A stretch of DNA of 49,127 nt from a virus. The notes below the pieces were generated by a model. It worked only from the letters and a program-made list of their open reading frames with translations. It did no database searches and was not told the origin of the DNA. The position numbers and the translations under genes are program-made. Below are positions 1 through 9,237 of the stretch, piece after piece; the stretch's first letter is position 1; every line of letters begins with the position of its first letter. Where the stretch lies: positions 1 to 49,127 of the IMG/VR virus record IMGVR_UViG_3300045988_124399. One strand, given 5' to 3'.

Positions 1-138
1 GTCAGCCTTGTAATTGTAGTAGTTGATAGAAACAATAAATAACATTTGGTTTATCCCCTTTCTTTTTATACTCTTATTATACCATAGATTCAGGATTTGT
101 CAATAGGTTTTTGAAAAAAATATTTATTCATCAGGGCT

Positions 139-166
139 GTATAAATATTCATGTATAAATATTCAT
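139..166. repeat. Tandem direct repeat GTATAAATATTCAT x2, with a third partial copy GTGTATAAAGG at 173-183
   Basis: Two adjacent identical 14-bp units read directly in AT-rich non-coding DNA at the left edge. The arrangement is iteron- or operator-like. Confidence 0.6.
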
Positions 167-245
167 TTTCGGGTGTATAAAGGCGACTGGCATAATGCAT
201 AAAATGGTTTCAAAATTTTTGTGCAATATAACTATTGCAAAACTC

Positions 246-270
246 GGCGCGCTGCGGCCCACAGCGCGCC
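246..270. repeat. GC-rich inverted repeat (stem GGCGCGCTG / CAGCGCGCC, 7-nt loop CGGCCCA)
   Basis: A perfect 9-bp stem read directly. It is a GC island in AT-rich intergenic DNA. The following GGCC extends the GC block. TTTT follows it on the minus strand (GAGTTTTGC). Confidence 0.6.
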
Positions 271-306
271 GGCCAAATGCATATGTATGATTATTCATGT
301 ATATTC

Positions 307-328
307 ATTGTATATTTATTGTATATTT
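307..328. repeat. Tandem direct repeat ATTGTATATTT x2
   Basis: Two adjacent identical 11-bp units. They are flanked by further TGTATA / ATTCAT motifs between 280 and 340. Confidence 0.55.
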
Positions 329-349
329 ATTCATACATAATATGCAAAA

Positions 350-373
350 ATAGAGAGAGACTTAATAAGCCTC
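350..373 (-). terminator. Rho-independent terminator for leftward gene 362..727
   Basis: Hairpin GAGAGAG-N10-CTCTCTC overlaps the stop codon. On the minus strand it is followed by TATTTTTGC. Confidence 0.5.
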
Positions 374-727
374 TCTCCACACCTTGATTATTTCATCATC
401 TGCTATATCATCTGTGTCATTGTCGTTTATCCACAAAAGCAGAAAATCATTATCATCAATGGTCATATTCTCAACTTCCCATTGGTTGCCGCGTTCGTCC
501 AGTAGCGTGATGGTGTTACCATTTCGGGAAGAGACCTCTGCACCGATAAAGCGTATGCTTCCTCTCTCTGTACCAGCGCCACACCATTCATCTAATGCGG
601 TGAGGTCGTAGGACTGCGGCGCTTCCTCGCAGGCTTCCGCGGTAGTGTGGTCGTGGAATGGGCCGAAGAAAGATACGGAGAGAATGATGGCAATGGCCAT
701 GGTGATGATTTTGGAAACGTTCTTCAT
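362..727 (-). CDS. Secreted or membrane-anchored protein with an N-terminal signal peptide (standard code)
   Basis: 121-aa ORF. The N-terminus MKNVSKIITMAIAIILSVSFF is hydrophobic signal-like. Composition is GC-richer than the phage block. Reverse-complement GGAG precedes the start. Confidence 0.55.
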   Translation of the reverse strand: MKNVSKIITMAIAIILSVSFFGPFHDHTTAEACEEAPQSYDLTALDEWCGAGTERGSIRFIGAEVSSRNGNTITLLDERGNQWEVENMTIDDNDFLLLWINDNDTDDIADDEIIKVWREAY

Positions 728-749
728 TTTGTTTTACCTCTTTCTTACT

Positions 750-893
750 TTATAGGTTAGTGGCGATAGTGACAACAGCAATGAGCATAAGTGTGCTTGA
801 GATAGCTTTACCTATGCTCTTGCTATCTATGGCATAGATAAAATTATAGGCGCTTATAGCGGTAAGCACAATAATAGCAGCAATGATAGACAT
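750..893 (-). CDS. 47-aa hydrophobic small membrane protein (below the ORF-track length cut-off)
   Basis: Hand translation of the minus strand gives MSIIAAIIVLTAISAYNFIYAIDSKSIGKAISSTLMLIAVVTIATNL followed by a TAA stop. A GGAG Shine-Dalgarno sits about 9 nt upstream of the ATG. Confidence 0.4.
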   Translation of the reverse strand: MSIIAAIIVLTAISAYNFIYAIDSKSIGKAISSTLMLIAVVTIATNL

Positions 894-913
894 GGCATAT
901 GCTCCCCTCTTTG

Positions 914-938
914 AGCGAGTGGGTTAAACCCACTCGCT
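914..938. repeat. Perfect 25-bp palindrome AGCGAGTGGGTT-A-AACCCACTCGCT
   Basis: Read directly. It lies between the stop of 924..1397 and the start of the small membrane ORF. No U-tract follows on either strand. It looks more like an operator or recombination-type site than a terminator. Confidence 0.55.
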
Positions 939-1397
939 GAATAGCTCACTGATGAAGTCATCATGCACGTCATCAGGCAGTTGATCGATGGTGCACTCAT
1001 AGGTGCTTACCACGGTAAGCGATGAGCCATTCTCAAGGCTCTCGCGCTCAAACTTATCACGCTCGCCAGACGAGAGGAAAAATGCAGTATAATCATAGAC
1101 GTCTTCCCCATCATTGATGGAATAGTCCACCACCTTAAAGCGTGTTTTGTTCCAGAGGTTCGCTATGATGGACAAATCCATGGCCAGCTCTTCCTCGCGG
1201 CGGACAGCTTCGAGAGACGCCTTATACTTGCGCCATGCGGCTACCGTAAAGTCTCTTATACTACAGCCGATAAGACAATGGTATTCCTCTAAGTCTTTGA
1301 TAACGAGTTTGCGCCCCTCGTGCGCCATATTCCACGCATCTTCTGCCATTGCGTTAATGGTAGTAGCATCATACTTGCATAAGCCCTGAATTTTCAT
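924..1397 (-). CDS. Hypothetical protein (standard code, GC-richer cassette)
   Basis: 157-aa uninterrupted ORF with no recognisable motif. Confidence 0.5.
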   Translation of the reverse strand: MKIQGLCKYDATTINAMAEDAWNMAHEGRKLVIKDLEEYHCLIGCSIRDFTVAAWRKYKASLEAVRREEELAMDLSIIANLWNKTRFKVVDYSINDGEDVYDYTAFFLSSGERDKFERESLENGSSLTVVSTYECTIDQLPDDVHDDFISELFSEWV

Positions 1398-1460
1398 TGT
1401 GTAGCCCTTCCCGCGCTTTTTGCGCTATCGTGTTATGTGTATAGGTATGTCCCTGTGGGG

Positions 1461-1483
1461 GAGTGAGGGCTTGCGCCCTCACT
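1461..1483. other. Stem-loop GTGAGGGC-TTGC-GCCCTCAC overlapping the stop of 1479..1772
   Basis: 8-bp GC stem read directly. TTTGCAATCTTTGC follows on the plus strand. Confidence 0.4.
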
Positions 1484-1772
1484 TTGCAATCTTTGCAGTA
1501 ACGGAAGCCATGCGCGGCGCGCCGACTTTCTTGTACTTTTCAAAACACTCCGCATAAAGTTTCGGCGCTTTGTTGCGGAACATCACCGTATCGAGCGTTT
1601 CAGTAGCCTTGCCGCCCTTGCCAACGATAACAGTAAATTTATTGTAAGTAAAGGTAACGCTTTCGCCGTTAGCTTCCTCGCGGGCTTCTGCCTTGAGCAA
1701 TTCTAACTGTTCCTTGAGTGCGTCTATCTGCGCGGAAAGCTCACACATTTTTTTAATTTTGTTGTTCGTCAT
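1479..1772 (-). CDS. Hypothetical coiled-coil protein (start trimmed to MTNNKIKK)
   Basis: The ORF-track entry 1479..1826 has an internal ATG at 1772. On the minus strand AAGAGGA lies 8 nt upstream of that ATG. Confidence 0.45.
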   Translation of the reverse strand: MTNNKIKKMCELSAQIDALKEQLELLKAEAREEANGESVTFTYNKFTVIVGKGGKATETLDTVMFRNKAPKLYAECFEKYKKVGAPRMASVTAKIAK

Positions 1773-2201
1773 TTTGTAAATCCTCTTTTCATGTATTTTG
1801 CTGTTCGGTGTTCCGCCATTCAGCATGGTTACATGGTAGCAGATTCAGCCACGGAATACAATTGACAGATTGCACAAAGATTTGCTTTGTACGGGGCGGG
1901 CTTTTGTGCATCTTGACGAGCGCGGCACCCTTGCATCATACCTTTGTATTTTTATTCGCTGGAGAATGAATAAAACCTGCATAGAGGGGGGGTGTATTTC
2001 GGGAAAAATAAATTTTTATTTATCGTTTTTTCTTTTGCCTGGTCAAAACGCAATCTAAATCAATTTTCAATTTCAGATTACGAAGAATAATTTAAAATTT
2101 CAAATCACGATTTCTTTTTTCTACCTCTTTTAGGTTTTTCACCCCACATAAGAGTGTATAATCCAGAAGTAGCAGAATAAGTAGCTTTCTGCTGATACTT
2201 T

Positions 2202-2597
2202 TTAGCAACTGCCTTCAAGGGACTGAGTGGTTTCCGCATTTAATTTTTCCTCCATATATTCGATTAATTTATCTTTATATTTACAACTATCAATATATCT
2301 ATTAATAGTATCTATATTATAGTTTTCCATTAAGTGCTCTAATACATATTTGTATTTATTTAACTGATATTCTTCTTGTTCTTCTTTAGTGCTTAATTGG
2401 GCCTTTTCCGCGTCTGATAAAGGTCTGTAAGTAATCGTTCTTGATCCATTATCCTTTTGCTCAATACGTATTGTTTTAAATAATTTCCAATCTCTTACAA
2501 AAGGGTCTTTATCTCTTGTGGCGTTAAAATATTCTTGTTCTAATCTAAATATTACTGCGTCTATTCCTCTTACTTCAAAAGGCTGGTTCCATTTCAT
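2202..2597 (-). CDS. Hypothetical protein, third gene of a leftward AT-rich standard-code operon
   Basis: 131 aa from MKWNQPFEV. Its start overlaps the stop of the upstream gene (ATGA-type overlap). The stop is TAA. Confidence 0.5.
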   Translation of the reverse strand: MKWNQPFEVRGIDAVIFRLEQEYFNATRDKDPFVRDWKLFKTIRIEQKDNGSRTITYRPLSDAEKAQLSTKEEQEEYQLNKYKYVLEHLMENYNIDTINRYIDSCKYKDKLIEYMEEKLNAETTQSLEGSC

Positions 2598-2814
2598 CTT
2601 CAATATCCTCCCATTCAAATGTTCCATCATCTAATTCATATACAAATGCTTGTTTATAAAATGATGAAACAATTCCATCATTTGCGATTCCTTTTGGACT
2701 ATTTTTCGCATCATAGAAACAATTATAAACAATTAATCCTTGCGTTTCATATCGCGAAAAATCTACTGCCCTTCCCTCAAAATCATAATTATAAAATATG
2801 TTTAACAATAGCAT
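2575..2814 (-). CDS. Hypothetical 79-aa protein with acidic C-terminus, second gene of the leftward operon
   Basis: Continuous ORF translationally coupled to 2202..2597. Confidence 0.5.
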   Translation of the reverse strand: MLLLNIFYNYDFEGRAVDFSRYETQGLIVYNCFYDAKNSPKGIANDGIVSSFYKQAFVYELDDGTFEWEDIEDEMEPAF

Positions 2815-2856
2815 ACACTCATATTGTGCGATTGGCCATTTATTTAATTCTTTTTG

Positions 2857-2967
2857 CTAATTTGCCATTTTTTGGTATAATACCCAAAAGGCTTTTCTAT
2901 ATAACCATAAAAAAAGGAGTGATGCTACTAATGCACAACTCAATAATACAATAAAAATAATTTTCAT
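2857..2967 (-). CDS. 36-aa single-pass membrane peptide, first gene of the leftward operon
   Basis: MKIIFIVLLSCALVASLLFLWLYRKAFWVLYQKMAN. Reverse-complement AAAGGAG lies upstream. The ORF-track entry 2857..3051 is trimmed here because its 5-prime part is poly-A/T. Confidence 0.4.
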   Translation of the reverse strand: MKIIFIVLLSCALVASLLFLWLYRKAFWVLYQKMAN

Positions 2968-3000
2968 AAATACTCCTTTTCTTTTTTTTTTCTTATAATA

Positions 3001-3029
3001 ATAATAAAATAAAAATAAAGAAATGTCAA
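3001..3029 (-). promoter_or_regulatory. Leftward sigma-70-type promoter (TTGACA-17-TATTAT on the minus strand)
   Basis: The -35 element is the reverse complement of 3024-3029. The -10 element is the reverse complement of 3001-3006. The spacer is exactly 17 bp. It points into the 2967..2202 operon. Confidence 0.55.
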
Positions 3030-3111
3030 ATCGTGGAGCGTGATTGGGCAAAAGTTATTTGTTTTGTTAAAAAAATTTTTAAATATAAAAAGAAAAAATT
3101 TTAAATGAAAC

Positions 3112-3140
3112 TTGACAAAAAAAATTTTTTCGAGTATAAT
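3112..3140 (+). promoter_or_regulatory. Rightward consensus sigma-70 promoter TTGACA-17-TATAAT
   Basis: TTGACA at 3112-3117 and TATAAT at 3135-3140 with a 17-bp spacer. GGAGG at 3154-3158 and the ATG at 3165 follow. It is divergent from the promoter at 3001-3029. Confidence 0.7.
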
Positions 3141-3164
3141 ATAAATATAGACTGGAGGTAAAAA

Positions 3165-4220
3165 ATGATAAAACTTGATTATTCTTTACAAACTCCAGAA
3201 GAAAGAAATCAATTAGTCGAACAAATTTTGGCTGATAATCCAGATCCGCCTGAAAAGTATTTAGAAATTTTAGCAGACTATTTGGTTCTTTGTATGGAGA
3301 AACAAGAAAAAAAGGAGAAAAAATTATTAACTGATAATCGTATGGCTACAGTTAATAAGCGTGAGACTTCTTTTGAAAGTCTTGTTTCCCAACTCGAAAA
3401 TGGCGAAGATGGAATTTATAATTTAATTACAGATAATAGAAATACAATATTTCAACCACATATTACAATTACAAAAAAAGATTTAGAAGAGATACCAAGT
3501 TTAAATTAGTTAAGAGAAGCCATTAATGTTTGGGAGGCTAAATTAAAAGTAACAGAAGGTAAAGATGCTTTTGTTATTAAAAAGGCTCTTATTGAAATGC
3601 GTAAAGATTAGTATGTTATGAAAAATGCTTATCGTCGTCCAATAATGCCTACAAAATTAACCAGATCAAAGTCTTATATTCCATTAGATGATAAAACATT
3701 TATTTTTGATGATGATGGTTTTCCCATTCCTGATGGAATTAGTTTATTAAGACCTGAAATATGTTCTGCGGTTTTATGTAATTATTCCCGATTAAAGCAA
3801 GATAGTTGGGGTGAATACGATAAAGACTTATGGTATTTAATGGAGGATTTTGATAAGCTTTGTGATAAAGCTTTAGCTAATTATCCTCTTTATGATAAAA
3901 TCGTTGAATATAAAATTGATGGTTTACAAAATATTGACATTCAAGAGAAAATACAAATGGAATTTGGTATTAAACATAGTCTTGAATATATTTCAAGTTT
4001 ATGGCGTAATAAAATTCCAAAATTAATTGCTTCGACTGCGGAAGATGAATATTTAGATAATTATTATTTAAATGTTGAAAAAGGTAAATATAAAAAATGT
4101 AGTCGTTGTGGTAAAATAAAATTAGCTCATAATAAATATTTTAGTAAAAATAAAACAAGTAAAGATGGCTTTTATAGTATTTGTAAAAGTTGTCGAAATT
4201 CTAAGGCCAAAAAATCTTAA
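3165..4220 (+). CDS. Hypothetical protein with C-terminal Cys4 zinc ribbon; first gene of the recoded operon (2 in-frame TAG)
   Basis: ORFs 3165..3509 and 3618..4220 share one frame. The gap is open apart from TAG codons at 3507 and 3609. The stop is TAA. The motif CSRCG..KDGFYSICKSC is present. Confidence 0.6.
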
Positions 4221-4269
4221 TATTGTCCTTTTGTTTATAATAAATAGTTGAAAGGAGAATATTTTATTT

Positions 4270-5457
4270 ATGGCTGAAACATATTATTGCGAAAAATGTA
4301 ATCGTACAATGAATGGCACGGAATTCTATTCATCTAATAATTTAGAAAAATATCCTAATGATGGTAAATTTCCTCTGTGCAAAAAATGTATGACAATGCA
4401 CGTCGATAATTGGAATCCAGATACTTATTTATGGATTTTACAAGAAGCGGATGTTCCTTATGTTCCAGATGAATGGAATAAATTAATGGAAAAATATGGG
4501 CGCGATCCGCAGTCTATGACCGGTATGACAATTCTTGGACGTTATTTGTCAAAAATGAAACTCAAATAGTTTAAAGATTATCGTTGGAAAGATACAGAAT
4601 TTTTATAGTAGATGGCGAATAATAAATTAGAGCAAACTATGAAACGTCAAGGATATGATGCTCAATAGATTGCAACCGCTATTGAAAAAAGTTCTATTGC
4701 TATTCCAGAAGGAGAATTAAAAGAACCGGTTTATGCTCCACCACCTAATGCCCCTACGGAAGATTATTTCGCACAATAGAGTGGTAAAGTGGAACAAGAA
4801 TTAGACTTAACTGATGAAGACCGCACTTATTTAAGACTTAAATGGGGCAAAACTTATAAGCCTGAAGAATGGGTTAAGCTTGAATAGCTGTATGAAGAAA
4901 TGATGGCTTCTTATGATATTCAAGGTGCCGGACATAAAGATACGCTAAAATTAATATGTAAGACATCTTTAAAGGCAAATCAATTGATCGATATTGGTGA
5001 TATTGAAGGTTTCCAAAAGATGAGCAAAGTATACGATAGCTTGATGAAGTCTGGTAAATTTACCGCTGCTCAAAACAAAGCAGAATCAGGTGAATTTGTT
5101 GATTCAATTGGTGAATTAATTGAATTATGTGAAAAAGAAGGATATATTGAAAGATATTATGTTGAATAGCCACATGATAAAGTGGATTTAACTATTCAAG
5201 ATATGCAACGTTATACTCGCACTCTTATCGAAGATGAAACTAATATTAGCACAATGGTAGAAAAGGCTTTACGCGAAAATGCTAAAGAAGATGAAGAGAA
5301 AGCAAAGAACGCGGAAAGCGATATCGTTGATGATGCTGATTTAAGTATTGAAGAACTTGAAAAAACTATTAAAGATAGTGATTACGCGGATTTTGAGGAA
5401 TTTAAAGAATAGGAATCCGCGCAAGATAATGAGTTCTTATAGGGTTTGGATAAATAA
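4270..5457 (+). CDS. Putative small terminase / DNA-packaging protein by position, with N-terminal Cys4 zinc ribbon (9 in-frame TAG including a tandem TAG-TAG)
   Basis: Three track ORFs (4270, 4900, 5182) share one frame with only TAG between them. Two adjacent TAG codons sit at 4603-4608. The TAA stop overlaps the terminase ATG (TAATG). Confidence 0.4.
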
Positions 5458-7196
5458 TGGCATTACAAGATTTACTGTAGTTAAGTGATAACCGTAGAAA
5501 AATAGGTCTATCACCGGAACGAGTAGAAGCGGTAATGCCCACTATCCGCAAATACGTTGCCTTTTGGAGAGAATATCCTGATTTATTTGTAGATTTTATG
5601 GTGCGAGGAAGACGCACTGAAATAAAAGATGGAGAATTTAATTTTTATTTTTATTAGAGAGTATTTCTCCGTTCTGTTATGCGTTATTAGTATGTTTACG
5701 CGGTTTTCCCTCGTGCTTATTCTAAATCATTCTTGTCTGTTATGGCATTAATGATTAGATGTATTTTATATCCTGGTGCGCACTTGTTTGTTACTTCTGG
5801 AGGTAAAGAGCAAGGTGCTAGTATTCTTCATGATAAAGTTCAAGAAATATGTGAACTTATTCCAAGCTTTAATCGAGAAATTGATTGGAATCGAGGAAAA
5901 ACTCTTGAAGGAAAAGATAAAGTTAGATATGTGTTTAAAAATGGTTCAGTTTTGGATAACCTCGCAGCTCGTGAAAGCACTCGTGGTCAGCGTCGTCATG
6001 GTGGACTAATGGAAGAATGTGTCGGTATTGATGATGCTATTCTTCGTGAAGTTATTATTCCTGTTATGGCAATTTCTCGTAGAGCTAAAGATGGCACTAC
6101 CAATGAACAAGAGCCATTAAACAAATCACAAATCTATATTACTACTGCTGGTTATAAGGGCACATTCCCTTATGATAGACTTATTGGTTTCTTAGTTCGT
6201 ATGGTGACTTAGCCTGATCGTTGTATGGTATTGGGTGGAACATGGCGAACTCCTGTTGCGGTAGGATTGCAAAGTAAAACATTTATTACTGACCAAAAGA
6301 ATGAAGGAACTTATAATGAAGCTTCATTCGAACGTGAATATGAATCTAAGTGGTCAGGAACTGTTGAGGATGCTTTTTTTAATGGAGAGCATTTTGATAG
6401 AAATAGAAAATTATTATAGCCTGAATATGAAGCTTCTGGACGCGCGGGCGCACAAGCTTATTATGTGCTTTCTGTAGATGTAGGTCGTAAAGGATGCGAT
6501 TCAGTAGTTTGTGTATTTAAAGTAACACCACAAGCTCAAGGTCCAGCTATTAAATCATTAGTAAATATGTATACTATGTCAGATGACCATTTTGAAGATT
6601 AGGCTATTAAATTAAAGAAATTATTTTATAAATATAAAGCTAAAACTTTAGTTATAGACGGTAATGGTTTAGGTATTGGACTTTTAGATTATATGGTAAA
6701 ATCTCAAAATGATGAAGATGGTGAATTTTTACCTGATTTTGGTGTTGAGAATGATGATGATGGATATTATAAAAAATATCGCACACCAAATACTCAATTT
6801 GATGCTATGTATGTTATTAAAGCAAATGCTCCAATAAATACTGAATGTCATGCTAATGCTCAGACTCAATTACAAGCGGGTAAGGTAAAATTCTTAATAG
6901 ATGAGAGAACAGCTAAAGAAAAATTATTAGCTACTCAAAAAGGTTCAAAAATGACTTCTGAACAAAGGGCAGATTATTTAAAACCATTTACTTTAACCTC
7001 CATATTAAAAGAAGAAATGATGAATTTACGCGAAGAAAACGAAGGTATTAATATTATCTTAAAATAGGCAAATCGCGGAATTCGTAAAGATAAATTTTCG
7101 GCTTTTGAATATGGATTATATTATTTAAAACTTGAAGAAGATAAAAAGAAAAAACGTAAAAAGTTTAATGCGGCTGATTGGTGCTTTTTAAATTAA
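5457..7196 (+). CDS. terL: Terminase large subunit (at least 7 in-frame TAG)
   Basis: The N-terminal region has a Walker-A-like VFPRAYSKSF preceded by YVAFWREYPDLFVDFM. The C-terminus has RNase-H-like nuclease motifs (YVLSVDVGRKG and TLVIDGNGLG) and EYESKWSG. The frame is continuous from 5457 to the TAA at 7194. Confidence 0.85.
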
Positions 7197-7208
7197 GGAG
7201 GGTGGAAA

Positions 7209-7565
7209 ATGCGTGCTTCAAGAGGAGAAATTAAAATTGAAGAAATCTTAGAAGAAGCAGGACTACCTTTTAAAATGGAATATATCTTTCCAGATTTAAA
7301 AAGCCCAAGCGGGCGTCCGCTTCGTTTTGATTTTGTTATATTTGATGATGATGGAAAAATTGATTTCATTATTGAGTATTAGGGAAAATAGCATTATGAA
7401 GCCAGTTCTAAATTTGGCGGAAAACGCGGTTTATACCAGTAGCAATATAATGATAATCAAAAAAGACGTTTTTGCGCTTTACATGATTTTAGATTAATAG
7501 AGATTCCATATACCGACGAAAACCTTATTTCTTATGATTATATAATGAAATTAGCAGGTTATTAA
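7209..7565 (+). CDS. Small nuclease-like protein (homing-endonuclease / PD-(D/E)XK-like) inserted between terminase and portal
   Basis: 118 aa. AGGAGG precedes the start. Motif RFDFVIFDDDGKIDFIIEYQGKQHY has a D...E.QGK pattern with 3 in-frame TAG. Its position is typical of endonuclease insertions. Confidence 0.35.
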
Positions 7566-7578
7566 AGGAGGTGGAACT

Positions 7579-9228
7579 TTGGATACGCAAGATCGTAATG
7601 ATTAGATTCACGCTAAAGGTTTTGATATTTATAATGGTCGTTATGAATATAATTATAATGACACTATGGATTATGCCAATAGAAAAATAAAAGTTGGCAC
7701 AAAAACTTTAGATGATGCTATTTTAAAACTTGGTGATTATAGTAAGATTAGATACCCAGGTCAAACTCGTATTATCACAAAACCTGATGTGCTTCGCGCG
7801 CTCGCAGAAAGGGACTTAAATGCTTTGCGATATATTTCTAATCTTTATTATGATATAAGTGGTGTATATCAACGAGTTTGTAATTATGTTGCTTTTTTAT
7901 ACCGCTATGATTGGTATATTGCAGCCGAAACTTATGATGATAATGTAAAAGAAGAAAAAGTTTTAAAAGATTTTTATAGAATGTTGAATTATTTTGATAA
8001 TAGTTATATTAAAAAGATTTGCGGAGATATTGCTTTACAAGTCGTTAAAAATGGATGCTATTATGGATATATAGTTCCTTCAGAGAAAAATCTAATTTTA
8101 CAAGAATTACCAGTTAGATATTGTAGAACACGTTATAGTGTAAATAATACCCCAGTTGTCGAATTTGATATGCGATTTTTTGATACTTTTAGAGATATGA
8201 ATTACCGTTTAAAAGTATTAAAATTATTCCCAGAAGAATTTGCTAAAGGTTATGTTTTATATAAGCAAGGAAAACTTGCTTTAGAAGACGCGGTTGGATG
8301 CTAGCATACTGGTAGTTGGTATGTTCTTGAGCCAGAAAATTGTATTAAATTTAATATTAATAATAGTGATGTTCCTATTTTTGTAAATTCCATTCCTACT
8401 ATTATGGATTTAGATGCAGCGCAAGATCTTGACCGCAAGAAACAAATGTAGAAGTTGCTTAAAATTTTAGTCCAAAAGCTCCCAATGGATAAAAATGGTG
8501 ATTTGATATTTGATGTTGATGAAGCCAGAGATATCCATAATAATGCCGTTTAGATGTTATAGAGGGCTATTGGAGTAGATGTTTTAACTACATTTACTGA
8601 TGTAGATTCTATTGATATGTCTGATAAAAATACTACTACAACGACAGATGATTTAGCTAAAGTTGAACGTAGTGTTTATAATTCGTTAGGTATTTCATAG
8701 AATTTATTTAATACTGATGGTAATATGGCTTTAGAAAAATCAGTGTTAAATGATGAATCTACAATAAGAAGTTTAATTTTATAGTTTAATATATTCTTTA
8801 ATAGAATTATTGAAAAAAAGAGTAGTAATAAGAAATATAATTTTAGATTTTATTTATTAGAAACTACTTAGAATAATTATCAAACACTTTCTAAAATGTA
8901 TAAAGAACAAGCGCAAATGGGACAATCAAAGCTATTGTCTTAGATTGCTCTTGGACATTCATAGAGTTTTATTCTTAATGCAGCTCATTTTGAAAATGAG
9001 ATTTTACATTTAAGTGAAATTATGATTCCTCCTCTTATGAGTTCTACTATGGGTAGTGAAGATATTTTGGGTTTAAAAGATTCATCATCTAATAATAAAA
9101 CTCAAAATAATTCAGGAAGTTCAGGGTCTGGAACTGCTAAAGCTTCTAATGGCGAGGCAGGACGTCCGGAAAAACCTGATGATTAGAAAAGTGAAAAAAC
9201 TATTCAAAATAAAGAAGCAATGAAATAA
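7579..9228 (+). CDS. Portal protein (about 11 in-frame TAG; TTG start)
   Basis: 549 codons directly downstream of terL. AGGAGGTGG lies 7 nt upstream of the TTG. One frame runs to the TAA at 9226. The call rests on synteny and size. Confidence 0.5.
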
Positions 9229-9237
9229 GGAGGATTT

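Noticed and set aside
1870-2058. ORF 1870..2058 (+), 62 aa
   Set aside because: It lies in a promoter/terminator-like intergenic region. It has a T-rich low-complexity end and no Shine-Dalgarno. It is probably not coding.
1827-2200. Search for a suppressor tRNA or other tRNA in the largest non-coding stretches (1-360, 1827-2200, 2970-3160)
   Set aside because: No acceptor/T-arm consensus (GGTTCGAATCC-like) and no cloverleaf-compatible segment was found. The TTCGA occurrences lie in coding sequence. Absence can be asserted for this window only.
384-6009. Other shadow ORFs: 384..611(+), 1147..1389(+), 2619..2954(+), 5402..5617(-), 5776..6009(+)
   Set aside because: They are embedded in opposite-strand or other-frame genes with better coding signals. 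No start context is present.
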